The notes below the pieces were generated by a model. It was not told the origin of the DNA and did no database searches. It saw only the letters and a program-made list of their open reading frames with translations. Shown here in pieces: positions 26,422 through 36,131 of a stretch of 64,000 nucleotides of DNA. The position numbers and the translations under genes were made by a program. The stretch is from Eubacteriales bacterium (GTDB lineage Bacteria; Bacillota; Clostridia; Christensenellales; CAG-314). Each line of letters starts with the position of its first letter. Position 1 is the first letter of the stretch. Where the stretch lies: NCBI GenBank assembly GCA_035446985.1, contig DAOTGG010000002.1:1925-65924 (forward strand), given 5' to 3'.

Positions 26422-27699
26422 ATGTTAGACATCAAACGCATTATTGAGAATACTGCCGAAGTTGAAAAGGCTTTGAAAAAACGCGGCGAATATTCTTTGA
26501 CAAAAATTGTGGATCTCGACAAAACAAGACGTAGTATTATCGCCAAAGTCGAGTCAAAAAAAGCTGAACGCAATATCGTTACGCAGGAAATCGCAAGATT
26601 AAAACGCGAAAAAATAGACGCTTCAAGCTTGATCGGCGAAATGGGTCTGCTTGCCGATGAAATCAAAAACCTTGATGCAGAGTTAGGTCAAACAGAAAAC
26701 GAGCTTAATACCGTTTTGGCTTCACTACCCAATATTCCCGACGACGACCTATTAGCAGGCGGAAAAGAAAACAACGAAGTGCTTGAATATTTCGGCGTAA
26801 AACCATCCTTTGACTTTGATTTTCAAAATCATTACGACCTTTGCGTAAAAAACGGAATGATTGATTACGAGCGCGGCGTAAAACTTGGCGGAAACGGCTA
26901 CTGGCTGTACCGCGGAGTTGGAGCTGAGCTTGAATGGGCGTTACTAAATTATTTTGTGTCAGAACATCTTAAAGACGGATACGAATTTATTTTGCCGCCG
27001 CATATGCTCAATTACCGTTGCGGATACGGCGCGGGACAATTCCCGAAATTCGCCGACGAAGTTTACTGGATAAAAGCCGACGAGGGCGAGAATACTCAGT
27101 TTATGCTCCCCACCGCCGAAACGGCTTTGGTCAATATTTTTTCAAACGAAATTTTGTCTGAAAAACAGTTGCCGACAAAACTTTTTGCTTATACGCCCTG
27201 CTATCGTAAAGAAGCGGGAAGTTATCGCAGCGAAGAACGCGGTATGATAAGAGGTCACCAGTTTAATAAAGTAGAAATGGTTCAGATAGCTCATCCCGAC
27301 CACAGCGCGGAAAGTTTTGCAGAACTACTCCGAAAAGCGCGTTCACTTGTCGAAGGACTGGGATTGCATTACCGTCTGTCTAAGCTTGCCGCGGGAGACG
27401 TTTCCGCAAGTATGGCTCGCACGTACGATATCGAAGTATGGCTGCCCAGTATGGGTATATATAAGGAAGTAAGCTCGGTTTCCAACAGCAACGATTATCA
27501 GGCGCGCAGAAACAATACCCGTTTCCGCGATGAAGAAACAGGCAAAACCCGTTTCGTTCATACGCTTAACGGCAGCGGTCTTGCTACAAGCCGAATAATC
27601 CCTGCCATAGTCGAGCAATATCAAAACGCCGACGGCAGTATACGCATACCAGAAGTTTTGCAAAAATATCTCGGCAAAACGGTGATAAAAGCAAAATAA
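26422..27699 (+). CDS. serS: Serine--tRNA ligase
   Basis: 425 aa. An N-terminal coiled-coil arm is followed by class II motifs (RGHQFNKVE, TLNGSGLATSR). The upstream promoter is TTGTTA, 17 nt, then TGgTAAAAT. Confidence 0.95.
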   Translation: MLDIKRIIENTAEVEKALKKRGEYSLTKIVDLDKTRRSIIAKVESKKAERNIVTQEIARLKREKIDASSLIGEMGLLADEIKNLDAELGQTENELNTVLASLPNIPDDDLLAGGKENNEVLEYFGVKPSFDFDFQNHYDLCVKNGMIDYERGVKLGGNGYWLYRGVGAELEWALLNYFVSEHLKDGYEFILPPHMLNYRCGYGAGQFPKFADEVYWIKADEGENTQFMLPTAETALVNIFSNEILSEKQLPTKLFAYTPCYRKEAGSYRSEERGMIRGHQFNKVEMVQIAHPDHSAESFAELLRKARSLVEGLGLHYRLSKLAAGDVSASMARTYDIEVWLPSMGIYKEVSSVSNSNDYQARRNNTRFRDEETGKTRFVHTLNGSGLATSRIIPAIVEQYQNADGSIRIPEVLQKYLGKTVIKAK

Positions 27700-27730
27700 A
27701 TTAAATTAAATTTTTATGAAATCAATTTTA

Positions 27731-27757
27731 AAGAGACCGATATTTCGGTCTTTTTTC
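27731..27757 (+). terminator. Intrinsic terminator of serS
   Basis: AGAGACCGAUAUUUCGGUCUUU hairpin running into a U-tract. Confidence 0.7.
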
Positions 27758-28009
27758 CGTATTTACGGGTTTTTTTATTCGCATTTTAAAATTATATTTC
27801 TAATCATATTGATTAAAACACGTTTATTAGTTTTCTATTTTTCTTAACTGATTATCGTCAGTATATCTCTTAATATCAAAATGTTTATCAATCATAAAAT
27901 TAATATATTTTAGCTTTCATAGCAGCTGCAAAAATTGTATATTGACTTTGAGTATAAAATATTATAATATCTAGTATATAATAAGTATAAAAAATTAAGG
28001 ACGCTAAAT

Positions 28010-28795
28010 ATGAGTAAAAATATTAAAACGATTTGCTTTGTTCTCGTTGCGGTTTTGCTGTCGACGAGTCTATTCGGCTGCGCGCCAGAGCAGGAATGGA
28101 CGGACGAAAACGTAATTTTTACGTACGATGATAACGGCGACGTAACAATTTTTTTCCCCGACAATTTTGTGTACCCAAAATATCCTATAGCTTGGACTAT
28201 TGAATTCAATGTCCGTGAATATCCTTATTTAGCCGACTTTTATGAGTGGCTTGATTTAACACTTGAACAGAATAATTTCGGTTCTGTTTACCTAATAAAA
28301 GTAATTAAGATGCTCACCGTCAAGGAAGCAGAAAAATTAGACGCATACATGTATCCTATGAGCAGTTATTCGACTTATTATGAAGTAGCAGTTATTTATG
28401 ATTATTTAAATGAGAAAGAAATTAACCAAACACATTATTTTAGATTTGCTCGTGGAACTGCTGAAAACCAAAGAAAAGGATTACCCCCTTTTCAAAACGG
28501 CGATACATTTATATCAATTTGCGACTCCATTGACTATAGAATTCTTAGCTGTATAGTTATGGAACCTTTTTATATTTTAGATGAGGAAATCAGCAACGAT
28601 ACTTTCGTATATAAAATGAGTAGAACAAGCCTAGATATGGCAGACATCGCAATTGAGCTTTTGGAAGAAGAAAAAATAATAGAATCCGCTTATAAAAAAA
28701 ATCCAAGAACATTTTCTCAAAAGTTTAAACTCGGCGATTTGATCAATTTTATAAGGACTGCTTTGGAGGAACGGGGGTATGAAATACAAAAATAA
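28010..28795 (+). CDS. Lipoprotein, paralog 1 of a tandem three-member family (unknown function)
   Basis: 261 aa with a lipobox (LLSTSLFGC). It shares the blocks TYDDNGD, LYLIKVIK..T..EAEKL, YYEVAVIYDYLNEKEIN and KF+LGDLINFI...LEERGYEIQK with the two downstream genes. Confidence 0.7.
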   Translation: MSKNIKTICFVLVAVLLSTSLFGCAPEQEWTDENVIFTYDDNGDVTIFFPDNFVYPKYPIAWTIEFNVREYPYLADFYEWLDLTLEQNNFGSVYLIKVIKMLTVKEAEKLDAYMYPMSSYSTYYEVAVIYDYLNEKEINQTHYFRFARGTAENQRKGLPPFQNGDTFISICDSIDYRILSCIVMEPFYILDEEISNDTFVYKMSRTSLDMADIAIELLEEEKIIESAYKKNPRTFSQKFKLGDLINFIRTALEERGYEIQK

Positions 28796-28958
28796 AAAGT
28801 TTTTTTCATCCCTCTTTTACATAAGAAAGCAAAATATCTAATTTTTTAGTATCTTTTCCATATTGTTGTTTGTCTAAGATATTGATTTTAGAAAGCAATA
28901 TAAATAGTTTTTTTGTGTAAGGAGTTTATGTATGAAATTAAAATTTAAAATTATCTGC
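28763..28958. repeat. 196-bp perfect direct repeat, copy 1 (3' end of paralog 1, intergenic region, 5' end of paralog 2)
   Basis: TTGGAGGAACGGGGGTATGAAATACAAAAATAAAAAG...GGAGTTTATGTATGAAATTAAAATTTAAAATTATCTGC is identical, by eye, to 29691-29886 (offset 928 bp). Confidence 0.85.
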
Positions 28959-29723
28959 GTTTGTCTCGCGGCGGTTTTGCTGTGGACGTGTCTATTCGGC
29001 TGCGCCAATAAAACGCTTTGGAGCAAAGATTACGTCGATATTACATACGATGACAATGGCGACCCTATTATTAATTTTTCTGACAATCTTTGTTACGCTA
29101 GCCAAAACACGCAAGATGTACACTTTTTTACATGCGCACTTTATTCAATAAATTTTCAACAATCTTTAGATGCTAGTATAGGTCAAGGATATATGGATTC
29201 ATTATATCTTGTAAAAATAATTAGACGTCTTACTGAGGACGAGGCAAAAGCAAATGGTTTTTTCCCGAATGAAAGTTTTTGGAAATATAATAACTCCACT
29301 TTTTATGAGGCTGTTATTGTTTACGATTATCTGCGCGAAAAAGAAATAAACGAAGTAATATACTATGCTAGCTATGGAAAAGTAGATTGTCAAGTAGATG
29401 GATTACCGCCTTATTCTTCAGGAGACTGTTTTATAACTTTTATTCATAGAGGAATGATATATCCATATATCGCGGGCGGGGTGGTAATAGTCGTTTACCC
29501 CGAAAATAATAAAGAAATAACAATGGATACAAGCGTATATACTTTGATCGGCGTTGATAAGAATTTATCGTCTATCGAGCTAGAAATTTCAGACGAAGAA
29601 AAAATATGTCAAAGCGAATTTGAGAAAAATCCGCGTATTTATTATCAAAAATTTCGTTTGGGAGACTTGATTGAATTTATAAAACTAAACTTGGAGGAAC
29701 GGGGGTATGAAATACAAAAATAA
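28932..29723 (+). CDS. Lipoprotein, paralog 2 of tandem family
   Basis: 263 aa with a lipobox (LWTCLFGC). The N-terminal ~55 aa and the C-terminal LEERGYEIQK are nearly identical to paralog 3. The centre is divergent. Confidence 0.7.
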   Translation: MKLKFKIICVCLAAVLLWTCLFGCANKTLWSKDYVDITYDDNGDPIINFSDNLCYASQNTQDVHFFTCALYSINFQQSLDASIGQGYMDSLYLVKIIRRLTEDEAKANGFFPNESFWKYNNSTFYEAVIVYDYLREKEINEVIYYASYGKVDCQVDGLPPYSSGDCFITFIHRGMIYPYIAGGVVIVVYPENNKEITMDTSVYTLIGVDKNLSSIELEISDEEKICQSEFEKNPRIYYQKFRLGDLIEFIKLNLEERGYEIQK

Positions 29724-29886
29724 AAAGTTTTTTTCATCCCTCTTTTACATAAGAAAGCAAAATATCTAATTTTTTAGTATCTTTTCCATATTGTTGTTTG
29801 TCTAAGATATTGATTTTAGAAAGCAATATAAATAGTTTTTTTGTGTAAGGAGTTTATGTATGAAATTAAAATTTAAAATTATCTGC
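29691..29886. repeat. 196-bp perfect direct repeat, copy 2
   Basis: Identical to 28763-28958. A third, degraded copy of the first ~90 bp follows paralog 3 (30609-30700). Confidence 0.85.
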
Positions 29887-30642
29887 ATTTGTTTAGCAGC
29901 GATTTTGCTGTCAATGTGTCTATTCGGCTGCGTCAATAAACCGCTTTGGAGCGAAGATTACGTCGATATTACATACGATGACAATGGCGACCCTATCATT
30001 AATTTTTCGGACAACTTGACTTATACGCCGTATGAAGGTGAGCTAGGCTTTGCAAAATATAACATAGGTCCGCGTTCCGAATTTTCTCAAGATTTGGACG
30101 CTGTGCTTTCGGTCAATGCATTTCAGTCACTGTATTTAATTAAAGTCATAAAACGATATACACAAGAAGAAGCCGAAAAGTTGGATATTTATATTGATGA
30201 ATACCCATATAATGAAACTGGATATTATGATGTAGTTTTGGTATATGATTTTTTAAAAAATGAAGAGGTTAACGAATCTGTTATATTTGCTGGATCAAGA
30301 TCAATAGATCAGCAAACTTATGGAAAACCCTCTCTATCAGTTGGTGATTGTTGGATAGGCATAGTTATAGAACATCCCAACATTAAAAATTTATATAGTT
30401 TTTCTTCATTAGGTTCTTATGTTAAAAATCAAGAAAATATATCGCAGGACACGTTTGTGTATGCATGGCTATATGACGACGAATTAGAGTGCATAGAGCT
30501 TGAACTAGCCGATGAAGAAAAAATTATCGAAGGTGAATTTAAAGATAATCCTTTACAAGTTAAACAAAAATTCCGTCTCGGTGACATTGTAAATTTTTTA
30601 TTAAACGCTTTGGAGGAACGGGGGTATGAAATACAAAAGTAA
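29860..30642 (+). CDS. Lipoprotein, paralog 3 of tandem family
   Basis: 260 aa with a lipobox (LSMCLFGC) and the same conserved blocks. Confidence 0.7.
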   Translation: MKLKFKIICICLAAILLSMCLFGCVNKPLWSEDYVDITYDDNGDPIINFSDNLTYTPYEGELGFAKYNIGPRSEFSQDLDAVLSVNAFQSLYLIKVIKRYTQEEAEKLDIYIDEYPYNETGYYDVVLVYDFLKNEEVNESVIFAGSRSIDQQTYGKPSLSVGDCWIGIVIEHPNIKNLYSFSSLGSYVKNQENISQDTFVYAWLYDDELECIELELADEEKIIEGEFKDNPLQVKQKFRLGDIVNFLLNALEERGYEIQK

Positions 30643-30845
30643 AAAGTTTTTTTCATCTCTCTTTTACATAAGTAATTAAAACATCTTATTTTTAGTATCA
30701 TTTTTTAATTTTGCCGAATTTTGTCGCAATATAGATTATCAGCATATAAAGCAATAAAAAAGTTAGTATAATATACAAAAGACGGTTGATAACTACAAAC
30801 CGTCTTTTTAATTATTTAATTAAATTTTCATAAAAACACAAAGTT

Positions 30846-31499
30846 TTATTCTATTATTTCTTCCTTTTTTTCTTCATTTATAACAGGCTCGGCGCGGCGG
30901 ATTTTGTGAAGCAGATCCCGCAGGAAAAACCACATTATAGCCAATATTTGCAATGTGCCGCTTATTAAAAAGATTACCCATATTTTGTCCACCGAGATGG
31001 AAAAAGTTAGATATATGGACGCTGACAAGCTCCAAATAATAATGGAAGAAACGATCCCTGTCAGCACTCTTTTTGCCCATATCGCGCTAAAAACTACAAG
31101 GACGATCGCCGCGGCGGGTATGGCGTACACAAAAGTCATCCACAGATTTGGAAGGTCGGTAAACAAAGTCAATGCTACGAAAACTATCACGGCAACGAGC
31201 CAAACTATACCCGCAGATAAAAGCGATATAAGCAATTTTCCGCGCTTTTCAAAAGGCGTCCTTTTTTTCTTTGAAGCGTTCATCAGATCGTTTATGCTTA
31301 CGTGATAAAGGCGCGCGATCTGATACAACACGTACAAATCGGGCAATCCCTCGCCCCGTTCCCATTTTGAAACGGATTTGTCAGAGTAATTCAGCGCTTC
31401 TGCTACTTGTAACTGCGTCATATCCGCAAGGTTGCGGTAAAATACCAAATTACCCGCAACAGTAGATTTAAAATCTTTTTCGCTCATTTTTTCATTCAT
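30846..31499 (-). CDS. XRE-family HTH transcriptional regulator with C-terminal multi-TM domain
   Basis: HTH: MTQLQVAEALNYSDKSVSKWERGEGLPDLYVLYQIARLYHVSINDL, followed by 4 TM helices. The start was moved to MNEKMSEK because TTGACA, 17 nt, then TATAAT sits immediately upstream (the -10 ends 7 nt before the ATG). This implies a leaderless or near-leaderless mRNA. Confidence 0.75.
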   Translation of the reverse strand: MNEKMSEKDFKSTVAGNLVFYRNLADMTQLQVAEALNYSDKSVSKWERGEGLPDLYVLYQIARLYHVSINDLMNASKKKRTPFEKRGKLLISLLSAGIVWLVAVIVFVALTLFTDLPNLWMTFVYAIPAAAIVLVVFSAIWAKRVLTGIVSSIIIWSLSASIYLTFSISVDKIWVIFLISGTLQILAIMWFFLRDLLHKIRRAEPVINEEKKEEIIE

Positions 31500-31710
31500 A
31501 AACTGTATTATATTACATTTAATCTTTATTGTCAATACTCATAAAAGGACTCTCTACCCCAAGTAGACCAAAAAAATGCTCACTCTACTAAATTCGACAA
31601 AAAAATATACACTCAAAAAGTTTTTGTAGGCGTCTTAACAGGTTTAATAGGTTGAAAAATAACATATCTTTTGATAAATTAGTACCAAACAAATAAAAGG
31701 AGACAATTAT

Positions 31711-32577
31711 ATGAGTTACAAGATCGTTACGGATTCATGCGCAAATCTCCCCGACGAAATTTATGACAATCTCGACATACAAGTCATTGGCATGGAATTC
31801 ATAATCGACGGCGAACCGCATCTTAGTTACGTTAAAGGCAGAGATAATAATCTACAAAAATACTATAAGCTATTAAGAGAAGACACGGTCATTACTACGA
31901 CATGCATAAATAAAGAAACATACACGAAATTCTTTGAAAAGATTTTGGAAACGGACGACGTACTCTATCTCGGTTTTTCGTCGGGGCTTTCGCTTAGTTA
32001 CGGCAACTGTTTAGTAGCAGCCGAAGAACTACGGGCAAAATACCCAAACAGCAAAATATATACTGTTGACACCCTTGCAGCGAGCATGGGACAGGGTATG
32101 ATAGTGCATAGAGCCGCTGAACTCAAAAATCAAGGCAAAAATATTGAAGAAGTCCGCGACTGGGTAGAAGCTAACAAACTGAAAATTTGCCATTGGTTTA
32201 CCGTAGAAGATTTGAAATATCTTTATCGCGGCGGCAGAGTAAGCAAAATAGGGTTTATCTTGGGCAAAATCACTCAAATAAAACCCGTGTTATTTACTGA
32301 CAACGCAGGTCACCTTATACCCGTTCAAAAAGTTATCGGACGCCGCAAATCTCTGGAAGTTATGGCAGAAAAAATAGTTACAACAATCGTTAACCCGTCA
32401 GAGCAAACCGTCTTTATTTCTCACGGCGATTGCATAGAAGACGCGCAAAAATTGGCAGACCTGGTAGCGCAGAAAATCAAAGTAAAAGGCTTTTTGATAA
32501 ATCAAATAGACCCTGTCATAGGCTGCCATTCAGGACCGGGAACTTTGGCTATATTCTTTGCCGCAGCAAAAAGATAA
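31711..32577 (+). CDS. DegV family fatty-acid-binding protein
   Basis: 288 aa. YKIVTDSCANLPDE is the N-terminus and GCHSGPGTLAIFF the C-terminal motif of the DegV family. Confidence 0.85.
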   Translation: MSYKIVTDSCANLPDEIYDNLDIQVIGMEFIIDGEPHLSYVKGRDNNLQKYYKLLREDTVITTTCINKETYTKFFEKILETDDVLYLGFSSGLSLSYGNCLVAAEELRAKYPNSKIYTVDTLAASMGQGMIVHRAAELKNQGKNIEEVRDWVEANKLKICHWFTVEDLKYLYRGGRVSKIGFILGKITQIKPVLFTDNAGHLIPVQKVIGRRKSLEVMAEKIVTTIVNPSEQTVFISHGDCIEDAQKLADLVAQKIKVKGFLINQIDPVIGCHSGPGTLAIFFAAAKR

Positions 32578-32854
32578 CAGTTGCCTTCAGATTAAAAAAA
32601 TATCGCAGAACAAAATACTCCCCTTCCACCTATTAAAATCGTTTAATTAGAGACTAAAAAACACTAAAAAAGACTGCCTAGATAATGCGTTTTATAAACG
32701 CTAAAAAGCGGTCTTTTTATTTATTGAAAATTTGTACAAAAAAGAAATACCTCTATTTAACTTAATAAAAGCTAAGTCTACTGCCAGTGGAGAGGCAAAA
32801 AATCAACTCTACTTCAATTTTTTTTTAAGTAGAGGGTGCAAAAAAAATAGTAGG

Positions 32855-32883
32855 TTGCATATTGATAATTCCTTTGTTACAAT
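32855..32883 (+). promoter_or_regulatory. Sigma-A-type promoter of candidate small RNA
   Basis: TTGCAT (32855-32860), a 17-nt spacer, then TACAAT (32878-32883). Confidence 0.5.
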
Positions 32884-32889
32884 ATTGTC

Positions 32890-33002
32890 GAAGCAAAAAT
32901 CCTCCTCAAAGTTTTTTTGTTTCCTACGCGAAATATTATCGCGATCCTAAATAACTACAAGACGGCTTGGCATTTGTTATGAACGCCAAGCCGTTTTGTT
33001 TT
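32890..33002 (+). ncRNA. Candidate ~110-nt small RNA (promoter-to-terminator unit with no ORF)
   Basis: It is bounded by the promoter above and by the hairpin ACGGCUUGGCAUUUGUUAUGAACGCCAAGCCGU plus UUUGUUUU (32962-33002). There is no ATG on this strand. It contains a CU-rich stretch (AAAUCCUCCUCAAAG, anti-Shine-Dalgarno-like) and an internal hairpin (CGCGAAAUAUUAUCGCG). Confidence 0.4.
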
Positions 33003-33328
33003 ATATTATTCTACTTTTATATCTTGCTCTTATTTTAATCGCCGATTTACATTATTCAAAAATCAATATTAAACTTATTTTAGTTCTCTCTATTCTACGT
33101 TATTTTTTTATTGTCTATAAAAATTTCAATCGTCTATCAAATTTTTTAACTTATTCTCGACAATAGCTAGTTATTAATTGGTGTTACTTATACGATAAAA
33201 GTTCCAATAGTTTTTTTAACGGACGGATTCGGTATTTTTTCAAGCCCGCCGATATTCATACAGGCGATGTCGTAAGAATCGGTTTCAACCGCGCGTTTTT
33301 CACAGTCGGAAAAATATAATATTTTCAT

Positions 33329-33703
33329 TTAAACAATATGCACCCAAATAGGTTTCATTAAATGCGGTATATATCTGGTCAGTTCTTCTACAACGCTTAG
33401 TTGCACGTATGCGTTATCAAAATCTCCCACAGTTACAAAACCCTTACTCTCCGCTATTCGCAGATTACATTCATATACGTCAACATGCGGCAAAAGGATT
33501 TCGGCTTTTTCCCTTAACGCCACCCAATTTTTTGTAAATTCTTCCATATCGTCTACGGTTATCGATTTGTTTTGCGCTTTATCCATTAACGTAAGCGTTT
33601 CGTAGTTTAATTTTTTGTATTCTTTTTCTAATATCACAAATTCTACAATACCGAAAGCCAAAATCAAAGCAATGGCGATTGATGCTATTATTATGCTTTT
33701 CAC
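33329..33703 (-). CDS. DUF4363-like small membrane-anchored protein
   Basis: 124 aa with one N-terminal TM and then a helical domain. It overlaps the upstream DUF421-like gene by 4 nt, a pairing that recurs in Firmicutes. Confidence 0.5.
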   Translation of the reverse strand: MKSIIIASIAIALILAFGIVEFVILEKEYKKLNYETLTLMDKAQNKSITVDDMEEFTKNWVALREKAEILLPHVDVYECNLRIAESKGFVTVGDFDNAYVQLSVVEELTRYIPHLMKPIWVHIV

Positions 33704-34380
33704 GATAACTCCTCCCCTTTTTGCAAATCCAATGTAAAATACGGTCTTTTTGTGGGCTGTATCAAAACATGGTTATTGCTGTCCACGGTAAAAAGACGCA
33801 CCGTCGATTCTTTAAGATGATGCTTGGCAAGCAAAGCGAAGACTTTTTGCTTATTTATGTCGTAGCGTTTTGCGTCATCTTCATTCCATTTGCAATCCAT
33901 AATAACGGGTATCGGCAGCGATTGCTGCTTGTCCTCCATCTTTTTTTTCGCGATAACCGAAAGCTGTCCGTTTGTCTCCATTAGCCCGTAATCAATTTCT
34001 TCAATAGAAAAATAACCCGCGTTTCTCAAAGCCTGCAATAAGTCGTTTACTTGCATATTCATTTCTTTTAACGCGTAACCGTTGATGCCTTGTTTATCTA
34101 CAACCAGCACAGGCTTGCCCGACAAGATTTTTTGCATTGACGAGTTTTTTGACAGCAAAACAATTATTTGGTGAATAACAAACATTGTCAAAATAGCGAC
34201 GACGCCGTAAGTAATGGGAATACTTCGGTCAGCCATTGGAATGCAAGCAAGCTCAGAAATAACGAGCGTAATAACCAGCTCAAAAGGCTCCATTTCGCCG
34301 ATTTGGCGTTTACCCATCATACGCATTACGGCGAGCAGTAGCGCAAATAATATAATCGCTCTTACAAAAATTATCAGCAT
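33700..34380 (-). CDS. DUF421 (YetF/YrbG-like) membrane protein
   Basis: 226 aa. AVMRMMGKRQIGEMEPFELVITLVISELA is the conserved DUF421 N-terminal region, followed by a soluble C-terminal domain. Confidence 0.7.
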   Translation of the reverse strand: MLIIFVRAIILFALLLAVMRMMGKRQIGEMEPFELVITLVISELACIPMADRSIPITYGVVAILTMFVIHQIIVLLSKNSSMQKILSGKPVLVVDKQGINGYALKEMNMQVNDLLQALRNAGYFSIEEIDYGLMETNGQLSVIAKKKMEDKQQSLPIPVIMDCKWNEDDAKRYDINKQKVFALLAKHHLKESTVRLFTVDSNNHVLIQPTKRPYFTLDLQKGEELS

Positions 34381-34696
34381 AATAATATTATTTGCCCTTT
34401 AAAATAAAAATATTTGTAAAGATAATCTTAATTTTTTATTTTAAATCAAAAAGAAAAAAGCTTGAATATTCAAGCTTTTTGTGCTGTGTTGTAATATTTT
34501 TTTTCAATTAATATTCGAACCGCATTGACTTGCTTAGTAAATAATTTATTTATGCTAAATCCTCACGCCAATTTCAGCATCGGAATATTTTTTATTCAGC
34601 TTTAATTCAGTAATAATTAGTAGACGCATTTGCGTTAGCAAAATAAATACTTAATTATGAGGAAAATACGCAAGCCAAACTTTAGTATCAATTTGT

Positions 34697-34885
34697 TTAT
34701 TCAACGCTTATAACAGAAACAGGACAACTGCCGCTTGCGTCTAATGCGGTATTTTCAGCGTTTGCCGGTATCGGCGTAACGTAAACTTCCGCCTTGTCGT
34801 CGTCACCCATACGGAATACCTCGGGGCATATAGTCGTGCAAAGCCCGCAGCCAATACAACCTTCTCTATCGATTTTTGCTTTCAT
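34697..34885 (-). CDS. Ferredoxin (single [4Fe-4S]/[3Fe-4S] cluster type)
   Basis: 62 aa. CIGCGLCTTICPEVF plus a distal CP (GSCPVSVISVE). Confidence 0.85.
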   Translation of the reverse strand: MKAKIDREGCIGCGLCTTICPEVFRMGDDDKAEVYVTPIPANAENTALDASGSCPVSVISVE

Positions 34886-35141
34886 TCTTTTTCTCCTTTA
34901 TTTTTTATTTTTGCGAAAACGGCGTTTTTTGTTTATTAGTTTTTTTTGTTTCGAAACAAATTTTTTTCATGCCCGAAAACAGCATAATAAACCCAAAATA
35001 TCTACCAAGTATTCGTGATTTTATTAACCTATCAAGTCTTAATTGAAAACTTGCTTAATCAACTTATTTTAACGCCCTCGCAAAATTTCTTAATAATATT
35101 TTACCACAAATATATAAATATATAAAAAAGTTACAGTTTTT

Positions 35142-35858
35142 TTATAGCGCGTTAAAAACGTCGCCCAAATCCGCGTTAATGACTAAATTCGCATTCCCAT
35201 CAAAAGGCGTTTTGTCGCGGTTGATTAGAACGAATTTGTCCAACGAATAAAAATTTACCAGTCCCGCAGCGGGATAAACAGCAAGCGACGTACCCGCAAC
35301 GATAAGCATATCCGCTTTTGATATAGCGTTAACCGCTGCCTGCAAAATTTTATCGTCCAGCGGCTCTTCATACAAAACCACGTCGGGCTTGATTACTCCG
35401 CCGCAAACGCATTTTGGAACGCTTTCAAAATTTCTGATATAATCCACGCCGTAAAATTTGCCGCAATTAACGCAATGATTACGATATACGCTTCCGTGCA
35501 ACTCAAAAACTTTTTCGCTGCCCGCCGCTTGGTGCAGCCCGTCTATATTTTGCGTAATAACGGCGGAAATTTTGCCCTGTTTTTCCCATTCGGCAAGTTT
35601 TTTGTGAACAATATTAGGTTTTGCGTCAAGATACAGCATTTTGCTAAAATAAAAACGGTAAAACTCTTTTGCGTGATTTTCAAAAAAAGTATGCGACAAT
35701 ATCGTTTCGGGCGGATAAGCGTAGCTACCTGAATACAAGCCGTTGACCGAGCGAAAATCGGGAATATTGCTCAGCGTGGAAACTCCCGCTCCGCCAAAAA
35801 ATACTATATTATTGCTTTCATCAATCCATTTTTTTAATTTTTCAATTTTTTCTTTCAT
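35142..35858 (-). CDS. cobB: NAD-dependent protein deacylase (Sir2/CobB family)
   Basis: The start was moved to MKEKIEKL (GAAGGA lies 4 nt upstream). It has GAGVSTLSNIPDFRS, TQNIDGLH and HGS motifs, and the zinc ribbon CVNCG...CVCGG. Confidence 0.85.
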   Translation of the reverse strand: MKEKIEKLKKWIDESNNIVFFGGAGVSTLSNIPDFRSVNGLYSGSYAYPPETILSHTFFENHAKEFYRFYFSKMLYLDAKPNIVHKKLAEWEKQGKISAVITQNIDGLHQAAGSEKVFELHGSVYRNHCVNCGKFYGVDYIRNFESVPKCVCGGVIKPDVVLYEEPLDDKILQAAVNAISKADMLIVAGTSLAVYPAAGLVNFYSLDKFVLINRDKTPFDGNANLVINADLGDVFNAL

Positions 35859-36131
35859 AATTCCTTCGCCTATTAGACTTAACTCTATTTGCAACGTTTT
35901 TTTACGTCTATACAAAGAATTTTTAATTTTACTCATCGATTATCTTATCTTGTCACTCTGCCGACATATTAAAAAATTTATATCTAACCTTTGCTAGACA
36001 GACACAAATAAATTGCAAGATTTAATAATTTTTTTCCTTAATATAATTTTAACATAAATGCGATGCAGATTTAGATATTTTTTTAGGTCAATCAAATTTT
36101 TTGACTGACCTAAAGTGATTTTATTAAATTT

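Noticed and set aside
32732-32950. 72-aa plus-strand ORF (TTG start) in the degV downstream gap
   Set aside because: It runs through the predicted promoter and into the candidate sRNA. It has no RBS, and the translation is Lys/Phe/Ser-rich low complexity.
33188-33328. 46-codon minus-strand ORF (MKILYFSDCEKRAVETDSYDIACMNIGGLEKIPNPSVKKTIGTFIV) starting immediately after the stop of the DUF4363-like gene
   Set aside because: It has no Shine-Dalgarno sequence and no recognisable family. It could be translationally coupled (TAAATG), but I cannot support it without conservation data.
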